Origin: a virus
Strand: one strand, 5' to 3'
IMG/VR virus record: IMGVR_UViG_3300037875_000559
Coordinates: 20,199-84,198 of that record
Length of the DNA stretch: 64,000 nucleotides
Below, one piece after another: positions 29,476 to 37,177 of this stretch. Both the position numbers and the translations under genes were made by a program. Every line of letters starts with the position of its first letter. Position 1 is the first letter of the stretch. The notes beneath the pieces are model-generated. The model had not been told where the DNA came from. It saw only the letters and a program-made list of their open reading frames with translations, and did no database searches.

Positions 29476-30252
29476 ATGAGCTTCCAACTCGAACAACTAG
29501 AAAGGCGAGTCGCTCTCTTAGAAAAGAGAGCTTCTATGTCTCGTGTAGCTTCAATTCAGAAAATCGCAGGCAAGGCATACTTGTTTGATGAGGGTCTGAC
29601 GAAAGCTAAGGTCGGTTCTGGTGAGGGTGCGATGCTTTACAAGATTGATAAAGGCAAGAATCAATCTAAGTATTACGAGATGTTGATTACACCTGTTCGA
29701 GATTCGTATGGACTCCCCAAGTTTCAACTAAAGAAGCAATGGGGTCGTTTAGGTCCTCGCAATCAGAATAAGGTGGTGACTTTTGACACACTTAGGAGTG
29801 CAAAACAAGCTCTTGCTATTGTTTTAGCAAACAAGGTCAGAGGAGGGTACGTTTCAACGTATGATGCCTCAGTACATAAAACGATTGGAGGTCAGCTTAA
29901 GAGTGGTCAATATCCGATAGGATTGAACGCAAAAGCAGGCCCTTGGAGAAACCAAGAAGTTTCCTCAGAAATAAAGACTTTGCGAAAGCTAAGAAATAGT
30001 ATCAGCGAAACTTTGGATTTACTAGAAGATGGCGTAATGCCTTCAAAAGTTTTAAAGGATTTAGAAAAAGTACACTCTGCGACAGAAAGTTTCGATGAGT
30101 CTCTCACTAGAGAAATAAGAAAAAGACTCAGACCGCCTATGGAAAGATTGAGAGGTACAAATAAGAGATTTGTACGATGCCCAAAGAAGACAGTTCGTGA
30201 GTTGAGGTCGCTTCATAACTATTTAAAAACTCAACTTAGTGTAATCTCTTAA
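29476..30252 (+). CDS. WGR-domain protein with leader motif
   Basis: KNQSKYYEM...KQWGRLG...KVRGGY is the WGR signature; start ATG 29476 (SD GAGG). Confidence 0.8.
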   Translation: MSFQLEQLERRVALLEKRASMSRVASIQKIAGKAYLFDEGLTKAKVGSGEGAMLYKIDKGKNQSKYYEMLITPVRDSYGLPKFQLKKQWGRLGPRNQNKVVTFDTLRSAKQALAIVLANKVRGGYVSTYDASVHKTIGGQLKSGQYPIGLNAKAGPWRNQEVSSEIKTLRKLRNSISETLDLLEDGVMPSKVLKDLEKVHSATESFDESLTREIRKRLRPPMERLRGTNKRFVRCPKKTVRELRSLHNYLKTQLSVIS

Positions 30253-30277
30253 ACTTTATAAAAAATAACTTTCATGT

Positions 30278-30286
30278 TGGTATAAT
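30278..30286 (+). promoter_or_regulatory. Extended -10 promoter (TGGTATAAT)
   Basis: Perfect TGnTATAAT with an A-rich upstream tract. Confidence 0.55.
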
Positions 30287-30349
30287 AGGTCTGAGTAGTA
30301 ATTGTTCTGCTCAGTCCCCAACACACACACACATGAAAGGTTACTTCCT

Positions 30350-30553
30350 ATGGGCGACAATAATAAGAATGGTTATGAGATCCGAGAGTCTCTACTTGGT
30401 ATGGCTATCGGCATTCTCTCCGAAAGAGACACTAAAGAACGTGAGAATGAATACTTAAAACCTGAAGGCACTCGTAAGCCTGTTTTGGGTTACGATGTGA
30501 AGGAGGTTCTCGAAACTGCGGAACGACTCTATGAGTTCGTAAACCGTAAGTAA
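30350..30553 (+). CDS. Small phage hypothetical protein
   Basis: Likely start MGDNNKNGYEIRE (SD GAAAGG); KNGYEIR...EVL..AE.LYEFV pattern typical of small phage proteins. Confidence 0.6.
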   Translation: MGDNNKNGYEIRESLLGMAIGILSERDTKERENEYLKPEGTRKPVLGYDVKEVLETAERLYEFVNRK

Positions 30554-30570
30554 ACTTGTTTTTTTAGTGC

Positions 30571-30616
30571 TTCTAACACTAACCTATTCCTCCAAAAGAA
30601 TAGGTTAGTGTTAGAA
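30571..30616. terminator. Perfect 19-bp inverted repeat between convergent genes
   Basis: TTCTAACACTAACCTATTC-ctccaaaa-GAATAGGTTAGTGTTAGAA. Confidence 0.7.
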
Positions 30617-30659
30617 TTACATAAATTATGTAGCGGTTGCTCAACCTGTGGGGTTCAGA

Positions 30660-31025
30660 TTAACCTTCTTCTCCGCCCATTGAGCCACCTGAAACACCCA
30701 TGTCAGACATCTCAGTTCCTGCCATACTCATGTCAGACATCTCAGCACCTGCTTCAGTAGATTCTCCACCCATCTCAGTTCCTGCTTCGACAGATTCTCC
30801 ACCCATCTCAGTTCCTGCTTCAGTAGATTCTCCACCCATCTCAGTTCCTGCTTCGACAGATTCTCCTCCCATCTCAGTCCCTGCTTCGACAGATTCTCCT
30901 CCCATCATCTCAGCTCCCGCTGAAGAACCTGCCATACCCATGTCAGAGGTTGTTGAGCTAGTTTCTTTGTCTTTTCCACAGGAGGCTAAGACAAAGATAA
31001 GAGTAATAGTAATAAGTTTTCTCAT
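30660..31025 (-). CDS. Lipoprotein with acidic Gly/Met-rich repeats
   Basis: Signal peptide with lipobox VLAS-C; the mature part is almost entirely AGTEMGGES[VT]E repeats. Confidence 0.8.
   Translation of the reverse strand: MRKLITITLIFVLASCGKDKETSSTTSDMGMAGSSAGAEMMGGESVEAGTEMGGESVEAGTEMGGESTEAGTEMGGESVEAGTEMGGESTEAGAEMSDMSMAGTEMSDMGVSGGSMGGEEG
30740..30920 (-). repeat. Coding tandem repeat, about 5 x 33 nt
   Basis: Plus-strand unit CATCTCAGTTCCTGCTTC[AG].[TC]AGATTCTCC[AT]CC. Confidence 0.9.
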
Positions 31026-31097
31026 AAGAAGACCTTTCTAGGTAATGTTTGTTTGCATGGTGTTTAACATACTAGTTAAAAATAGTAAATAGAGATA

Positions 31098-31724
31098 CTA
31101 TTGAAACCTATATATATTCATAGGTTTTTGCTCTATAAACCATTTGTAGTCTTCTTCTAATAACCCCTGAGTAGGTGGTTCTATATTAACGAGGTGTCCA
31201 TAGAAAGGCATTTCTAGACTTTGGCAAACTTCCTTATAAGCATTGATGTTTTGCTGATTATCTTCCCAAAGATGTACACTTGTAACATTTTTGAGAGTAT
31301 TTATCTTTTTGAGCAATACGCTTACTTTATATTCGATAGTCTCTAAATGTCTTTCTCTTAAGAAGACTTCATCGAAATCTAGATTTCTTGCAGAGAGTAT
31401 TTCTGCGATTCTATATCTCAGACCGCCATTATCTTCTCTTGCAGTACACAAGATAGCCCATGTGTTTTGTGAGCTAATGGATTTTTCAGCTTCTTTTACT
31501 GTTTGGGGGATCCAGTGTCTTGCAGATTGAGGGAAATCTGGGATAAAGGGTCTGCCTAAAGAAATAGCTTCTGACTCCCATTCTCCATATTTCTCATCCT
31601 CCCACCATATGGGTTTAGGAGGGCTCTTGAAAAGAGTCCAATCAAAATCATAGACGTGGAGACTCAGATTTTGAGAAGACTTCTTTAAAAACTTGGTAGC
31701 AACTCTAGCTGTCTTATTTCTCAT
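31098..31724 (-). CDS. HAD-superfamily phosphatase (Swiss-army-knife RNA-repair-like) with leader motif
   Basis: VYDFDWTLFKSP (motif I), LCTAR (II), K (III), LWEDN (IV); N-term MRNKTARVATKFLKKSS. Confidence 0.8.
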   Translation of the reverse strand: MRNKTARVATKFLKKSSQNLSLHVYDFDWTLFKSPPKPIWWEDEKYGEWESEAISLGRPFIPDFPQSARHWIPQTVKEAEKSISSQNTWAILCTAREDNGGLRYRIAEILSARNLDFDEVFLRERHLETIEYKVSVLLKKINTLKNVTSVHLWEDNQQNINAYKEVCQSLEMPFYGHLVNIEPPTQGLLEEDYKWFIEQKPMNIYRFQ

Positions 31725-31806
31725 ATACCTCTCCTTTTTCTATTCTCTACACATAGAATAAAAACAAAAAGGAGCGTTTTCTAGAGTCTACAGGAGCGAA
31801 CTTTAA

Positions 31807-31989
31807 TTATTTCTCTCTTGCTTCAAGTACCGCTTTTCGGATTTCCTTACACTCAGCAATCACTTCTTGCATCGTCTTTCTAATACGAGTGCCAGCAGAT
31901 TTGTTGCCTTTGTCGCATTTCCCGGCATCTTCTTGAGATTCAGTTAGAAGTTTAGTTAGCTTTTCCATTTTCTCTGTAATAGTACTCAT
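31807..31989 (-). CDS. Histone H1-like (Hc1 family) small DNA-binding protein
   Basis: EDAGKCDKGNKSAGTRIRK.MQE....KEIRK matches the Hc1-type signature KGNK.AG.R.RK. Confidence 0.75.
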   Translation of the reverse strand: MSTITEKMEKLTKLLTESQEDAGKCDKGNKSAGTRIRKTMQEVIAECKEIRKAVLEAREK

Positions 31990-32044
31990 AGGTGAGTCCT
32001 TTCTATTTTAAATTGGGTTCTGAACTTCAGACTATACCAACTCG

Positions 32045-32410
32045 TCAAAGAGGTTTTTCTATTTTTTTCAGCTCTTGTAATATTTTTTTCTTATTAGTGC
32101 CGATTTTTTTCAATATTTCTGAGTCCATTTTAGAGATTGCACACCTAGCATATAGGTCTCTCAGATGTGGCTCACTTTCTTCCATCATGTAAAGAACACC
32201 ATCGTCTGAAACCCAAACTTTTTCTGCACCTTTGGCGATATTTTGAGCAAACAGAATAGTTAGACCATGCTCTTCTATCCATTTCTTTGCTTTTACTATC
32301 GCTTCAGGTTTTTTTTGTAGGAAATCTTCTAATATATCTAAAGGCAATCTACTTTGAGGTTTTACTCTTCGCCAAGAAAGCTCTCCAAATTTGTTTTTCT
32401 TGCTCATCAA
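32045..32410 (-). CDS. Hypothetical protein
   Basis: ORF in the co-directional replication-side run. Confidence 0.55.
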   Translation of the reverse strand: MMSKKNKFGELSWRRVKPQSRLPLDILEDFLQKKPEAIVKAKKWIEEHGLTILFAQNIAKGAEKVWVSDDGVLYMMEESEPHLRDLYARCAISKMDSEILKKIGTNKKKILQELKKIEKPL

Positions 32411-32582
32411 AGCTCCCTAGCTTTACAATTTGTTTACCCTCATCTCCTTTTTTTATTTGTTGTGGGTGTGTATAGACCCCTTCCAAAGCAAAAGCGGTTA
32501 AGTGGAGTTTGATTAAATCTTTCTTACCTAAAGCGACTATTCTACCTTTGAGTATTTCCGCTACTATTTCTACTTCTAACAT
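32349..32582 (-). CDS. Hypothetical protein
   Basis: TAATG coupling to the upstream gene. Confidence 0.45.
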   Translation of the reverse strand: MLEVEIVAEILKGRIVALGKKDLIKLHLTAFALEGVYTHPQQIKKGDEGKQIVKLGSFDEQEKQIWRAFLAKSKTSK

Positions 32583-33091
32583 TAGTTGTCTCCCATTTTG
32601 AATACCCCCCCAACTTTAACTTCATTTTTAGAAGCTACAGCCCAAGGGTCAGATACCGGCTTTCGTTCTACATTACCACCAACAATGATACTTTGAGCAG
32701 GTACATTAAAACTTTTTATGTTGGTGGGTTGAGCTTCTTGTGGTGTTTCACTCTTTATTTCTAAAATGACCTTTTTTTCTTCAGAAATGGTTTGAGTAGG
32801 AGGGGGTGTCTCAACAGGATTCTTATTTTCAGAACCCCAAACTTCTACCACTCCAGTATATTCTAATGTCTCAAGGTCTGAAATACCCTCCCAACGAGAG
32901 CTTTCCTCTTTCTTTACAATGTTAGGGTTCACTAGCATACGATCTTCTTGGGTTCTTATTCTTTTGTCCCAAGAAGAGAAAGCCCAATCTGCACGAAAAC
33001 ATTCTCTGTTTTTACACCTATCGCAGAAGGTCTGTTTAAACTCTTTTTCAGACAAACCCATATCGTTGCACTCTACATAAAGGTCTTTCAT
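32582..33091 (-). CDS. Hypothetical protein with Cys cluster (C..FCDRCKNREC)
   Basis: Directly downstream of the DNA polymerase gene. Confidence 0.6.
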   Translation of the reverse strand: MKDLYVECNDMGLSEKEFKQTFCDRCKNRECFRADWAFSSWDKRIRTQEDRMLVNPNIVKKEESSRWEGISDLETLEYTGVVEVWGSENKNPVETPPPTQTISEEKKVILEIKSETPQEAQPTNIKSFNVPAQSIIVGGNVERKPVSDPWAVASKNEVKVGGVFKMGDN

Positions 33092-33099
33092 CTTTTATC

Positions 33100-35835
33100 T
33101 CACAGCAAAGTGTTTATATTTCTTCCTTCAAAAAAGACCTGTGTCTTTTTATCCTTGTTTTCATTTAACCACAAAGCTAGTGCTTCTGCTTCTTTTTTTG
33201 TCAGCTCTTTGATTTCGTATCTCTCTGTAGATTCAGAAATAGTGGTTTTTTCAGTAGCTTCCGTTGTCACTATTTCTTCTTTTTCACTTTCTTTAAATAT
33301 AGAATAAAGCTCATCTACTTCATTTTGTGTGGTTTGTCTCTCTTCAGCAGAGTACTTGTAATCTGTATTATGACTATCACATTCTTTACATATAGCTTCA
33401 GAAATAGTGGTTTTGATTTTACCTGTCTCGCCACAATCTAAGCACTTAAATCCTTTAAGTATTTTCTCACCTGCGGTTCGCTCTTTGATGTCTTTTACAT
33501 CGTAAGGTACATCCCAACGCTTACCTAGTTCCACATCTACTAGAAGAGGCACAGCCCAATTTTGTGAAGCTATCGCTTTATTTCTAGCCATGATCTTAGA
33601 AATTATTACGATGGCTTCTTCTAGTATAGAAGAATGTATTTCAAACACGATCTCGTCATGTACTGTAAGAATCATGTGGAGTTTGTCGAACCAATTCTTC
33701 TGCTTAACTGCTTTGTAGATCAAGCTCATAGCAAGTTTGGTTATGTCTGCGGATGTTCCTTGAATCGGGCCATTTACCGCTTTTCTCTCGTCTTTAGATT
33801 TCCTTCTAAAATCTTCAGATTTAATCTCAGGTAAAGGTTGTACTCTACCAAAAGCAGTTCTGACGTAGCCTTGTTTTCTCCCTAGTTTGTGTTGATGACT
33901 CCACCAACCTGTGAGAGTCTTATAAGTAGATGTAAACTTTCGGAACTTTTCTTCTCCCTCTTCGGCAGTACAACCTTCAATGGATCTTTGTACTGCTTTA
34001 CCAGTACCTCCGTAAGAAAGTGCAAAGTTACAACGCTTACCATGCCCTCTCAAGGCTTTCCAACGAGGGTCTTTCTTAGCTTGCTCTCCGTAGAAAGCAA
34101 CTGCTGTGATTGTGTGTAGATCCCCAATCTTGTCAGATCCACACTTTGGACAAAAAGGGGGTGTCTCGATGGGTAAATTGTTTTCTACTATTTCTTGGGG
34201 TAGCTCATATCCACACTCAGAACATTGGTAAAATGCTTTGATCCATTTAGGTTCATTGGAGAGGTTTGTTACAAGTCTTAACTCCACTCCTGCATAGTCT
34301 ATGGCTACAAGCCAATTTTCTTTATTTCTCACATCAACACAGCTTCGCATTTGGTTGACTATGCGAGGCTTATTTGAGTCATATGAAGACGGGATTCCTT
34401 GAAAGGGTACACGACACCCTCCGTCTTTGGTCTTTTGTGGGTCTTTTGTAGTCTTACAGCTAAAGCGACCTGTGTCAGCAGAAAACTGCTTAAACGAAGG
34501 TTTGAGCGTACCGTCTCTCCCTACGTCTTCTAAGAATGGTATGAGATACTGATTTAAGGCTCTACTGATATTTCTTAGTCTTTTCATTTTAGCCATAAAG
34601 GGGAACTCTTTATAGGACTTCTCGATCACGTCATCGAGAACATCAGCCCCTGTTTTAACCTGCCCCGACTTTTCAGATAATTGTAAGTTGGGGATATTAA
34701 GCTCACGAAATAGCAAACCTAACTGTTGTGGGGACATAATGTCATATACGAGAGGGAACTCGATATTTTCAGTACCCTCTCTTCCCACATAATTCACTGT
34801 TTTTTGGGTTGTTTGTTTGGGGTCGGGGTATAAGCGTTTTGCTTCTTTACGAGCTTCGTCTAAGATTATCTTATAAAACAAACCGCTCTCAATCTTCTCG
34901 GTATTGAAATGGTTCTCGCCTTTCAACTCGCCTTTCATAAGTCTAAGAAAGGAGGGGGTGATGTCTCTTTTGAGTATATCTTTAGCACCACGATATACTT
35001 CTAGTAACGAATCCCACCATTCTTGGTGTCCCTCTAAAATAAACTCTTTTGTTTTTACAGGATCTACATGGACACGACAACGGTGCATCCAACGCACTGA
35101 AACAGCACACGATTTCTCTAAGTTATACATGGAGTCCGAATGCTCAGGGAGTTCAACATATTTCTTTCTCTGTATGTTGAATACTCTTAGCGTACATAGT
35201 GGGTCTGCTCCTGCATATAAAACACTTGGTCGCCATGAGGGGTCTAGTGTGGAGTAGTCTTTAACCTTTGTTTCGGGCAACAGTTCCTTAAGCTCGATCA
35301 TTTCCATCCCACAAAGATTTTTAGAAAGAGCTTTGAGTCCACGACCTCCTTTTTCTCGTGGGTTGAGAAGATAAGTCAGAATAAGAGTGTCTTCCCATTT
35401 TCTCCCGCTGTTAAATCTTTCTCTTCCTAAGTTGAAGAATCCATTATAGTCGAGAAACTCTAAGTCAAAGTTAGCGTTGTGGAATACAGGGTTGGCTTCA
35501 ACTTCAGTTGAGAATAAGCGAGCGAACTCCATCCCTAAGACAGACCAAGGAAGATTATGTTCAGAGCCTTGTTTATGTCCTACAGGGAAATAATAGGCTT
35601 TGTCTTCTGTAGGAGCGATACCGATCCCTACAATAGAGTCTATGGTTCTCCCCCCATAGACTCTGCTGTCTAGTCCTGTAGTCTCTATGTCACACCCATA
35701 ATAATCTGAAGCAATACACTCATCTATTGCTTGAGAGATGTTTTCTTTTGTTCCAAGTATTAGCTCTACGTCTGCCATCCAGTCTTTCGGCTTAATGTCG
35801 GGTCGTCTTATTTCTTCTAAAAAATCAGAAAACAT
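33100..35835 (-). CDS. polA: DNA polymerase family A (3'-5' exonuclease plus polymerase) with two Zn-ribbon insertions
   Basis: Exo motifs DIETTGL, HNANFD, YAGAD; TGRFS; motif A DYAGVELR; motif B RGHGKRCNFALSYG; NGPIQGTSAD; motif C TVHDEIV. Confidence 0.95.
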   Translation of the reverse strand: MFSDFLEEIRRPDIKPKDWMADVELILGTKENISQAIDECIASDYYGCDIETTGLDSRVYGGRTIDSIVGIGIAPTEDKAYYFPVGHKQGSEHNLPWSVLGMEFARLFSTEVEANPVFHNANFDLEFLDYNGFFNLGRERFNSGRKWEDTLILTYLLNPREKGGRGLKALSKNLCGMEMIELKELLPETKVKDYSTLDPSWRPSVLYAGADPLCTLRVFNIQRKKYVELPEHSDSMYNLEKSCAVSVRWMHRCRVHVDPVKTKEFILEGHQEWWDSLLEVYRGAKDILKRDITPSFLRLMKGELKGENHFNTEKIESGLFYKIILDEARKEAKRLYPDPKQTTQKTVNYVGREGTENIEFPLVYDIMSPQQLGLLFRELNIPNLQLSEKSGQVKTGADVLDDVIEKSYKEFPFMAKMKRLRNISRALNQYLIPFLEDVGRDGTLKPSFKQFSADTGRFSCKTTKDPQKTKDGGCRVPFQGIPSSYDSNKPRIVNQMRSCVDVRNKENWLVAIDYAGVELRLVTNLSNEPKWIKAFYQCSECGYELPQEIVENNLPIETPPFCPKCGSDKIGDLHTITAVAFYGEQAKKDPRWKALRGHGKRCNFALSYGGTGKAVQRSIEGCTAEEGEEKFRKFTSTYKTLTGWWSHQHKLGRKQGYVRTAFGRVQPLPEIKSEDFRRKSKDERKAVNGPIQGTSADITKLAMSLIYKAVKQKNWFDKLHMILTVHDEIVFEIHSSILEEAIVIISKIMARNKAIASQNWAVPLLVDVELGKRWDVPYDVKDIKERTAGEKILKGFKCLDCGETGKIKTTISEAICKECDSHNTDYKYSAEERQTTQNEVDELYSIFKESEKEEIVTTEATEKTTISESTERYEIKELTKKEAEALALWLNENKDKKTQVFFEGRNINTLL

Positions 35836-35899
35836 ACACTCTCCTGTTAATATGTTTATATTGCTTCTATGTATATATAGCTAAAAGGAGAAAAGTCAC

Positions 35900-36247
35900 A
35901 TGGCTAATTTTTGGATAAATAAGGAAGGACAGAACACGCTTAAAGGTAGTCACACGAACCCTTCTAATCGTATTTATTTGCCCGACCATCTGATTGCTGA
36001 GTTCCTATTGGACTACCCATATTCAAGAGCGGATTTTTGGAATCTATTTAAGACCATGTTACCAGAAGAGCAGTTTAGGCTACAAGAAATAATAGATGCG
36101 TACCCAAGTTTGCTTGTAGATCGAGAAGAATACCAACAGGCAGAGGATACTTTTCAAAGTAGAGCAAATAAACAGCGAGTTAACACTATTTCTAAGATTA
36201 AGCCGAAAGAAGATACGCCTAAAAAAACATTGCGAGTGAACAGATAG
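35900..36247 (+). CDS. Hypothetical protein
   Basis: SD AAGGAG; motif TAATATGTTTAT upstream (35848-35859). Confidence 0.6.
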   Translation: MANFWINKEGQNTLKGSHTNPSNRIYLPDHLIAEFLLDYPYSRADFWNLFKTMLPEEQFRLQEIIDAYPSLLVDREEYQQAEDTFQSRANKQRVNTISKIKPKEDTPKKTLRVNR

Positions 36248-36256
36248 TTTATTTAT
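36245..36256 (+). promoter_or_regulatory. Putative late-promoter motif (TAGTTTATTTAT)
   Basis: Recurrent motif 41 nt before the holin-like ATG. Confidence 0.45.
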
Positions 36257-36297
36257 CATTTAGTTAAGATAAGAAATAAAATTAAAGGAGAACTCTC

Positions 36298-36642
36298 ATG
36301 TCTCAAGACCCAACACAGCTCGATAAACTACCTCTCAAAAGCAAAAAGTTCCTAGCGTATTTGATTGCTGACATAGGATGGAAGATCCTCATGTTTTATG
36401 TAATATGGGAGTACCAAACTAAGATTGAGCATTATGCTTTTATGGTTCTTGTTACTATGATCGTAACAAGCGGCTTCATTCAGATCGGCTATATTTTAGG
36501 GCAAGCTGCTCTTGATAAATATACAACCGTTGCTGTTTCTGCTCTCGATAGAGAGGGTAAAAGTCCAACACCACCTTCATCACCTCAGAAAAAGAAAGAG
36601 GGTGCTTCTGAAGAAGGTGGAGACTTTGATGGGACTCTTTAA
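36298..36642 (+). CDS. Holin-like two-TM membrane protein
   Basis: KSKKF start of TM1, two hydrophobic helices, YILGQAALD, charged C-terminal tail. Confidence 0.55.
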   Translation: MSQDPTQLDKLPLKSKKFLAYLIADIGWKILMFYVIWEYQTKIEHYAFMVLVTMIVTSGFIQIGYILGQAALDKYTTVAVSALDREGKSPTPPSSPQKKKEGASEEGGDFDGTL

Positions 36643-37165
36643 AGAAAGAAATAATGCATCTGCAAAAAGAGTAGCGGAGAAGTTTTCTTCTTCGATTAAG
36701 AATAAAAACTTCACTCTTCCAATACAATACGAAAAGGATTTAACAGTAAGTCCTTTTGGGATTAGTCTTGTTTTAAATTTGCAGTATGAGGGTGGAGATG
36801 TAGGGTTTATCTCAGGCTATATAGATCCGATAAAACAGACTGGTGTCTCTGCATATCAGTGTGCTTCAGATATTCGGAGTTTGTCCCAACAACACCCCTC
36901 TGTTAATACCAAGAAAGGTGAGATTAGGCTTGTTGCGGTCGGTCAGTCTGAACTATACAAACCATATAGAGGTGTGGGTTTAGGGGTTCAGATGTACACA
37001 GAATTCCTCCGCTCTGTTTGGGACAAGGTTAGAAAGCCTTTCATATTTATTCCAGATGCTTGTGATGTAGGTAGGACTTCAGACGACGCAAGAAGGGTTT
37101 GGAAGTCTTTAGCTAGAAATAAACCCTCTTCTAATCTTTGTATTACGATCTTGAACCGACCATAA
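36629..37165 (+). CDS. GNAT-like acetyltransferase (paralog 2) with leader motif
   Basis: YRGVGLGVQMY; KPFIFIP..C...TSDDARRVWKSL; start ATG 36629 (SD GGTGGAG); leader NNASAKRVAEKFSSS. Confidence 0.7.
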   Translation: MGLFKERNNASAKRVAEKFSSSIKNKNFTLPIQYEKDLTVSPFGISLVLNLQYEGGDVGFISGYIDPIKQTGVSAYQCASDIRSLSQQHPSVNTKKGEIRLVAVGQSELYKPYRGVGLGVQMYTEFLRSVWDKVRKPFIFIPDACDVGRTSDDARRVWKSLARNKPSSNLCITILNRP

Positions 37166-37177
37166 GGAGAAATAGGA

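Noticed and set aside
30320-30332. (CA)n microsatellite as a phase-variation switch
   Set aside because: It is short and lies upstream of the likely start codon (30350), so it would not shift the frame.
34125-34230. Intein in the DNA polymerase
   Set aside because: The insert is only ~35 aa, lacks a C-terminal HN-C/S/T junction and looks like a Zn ribbon.
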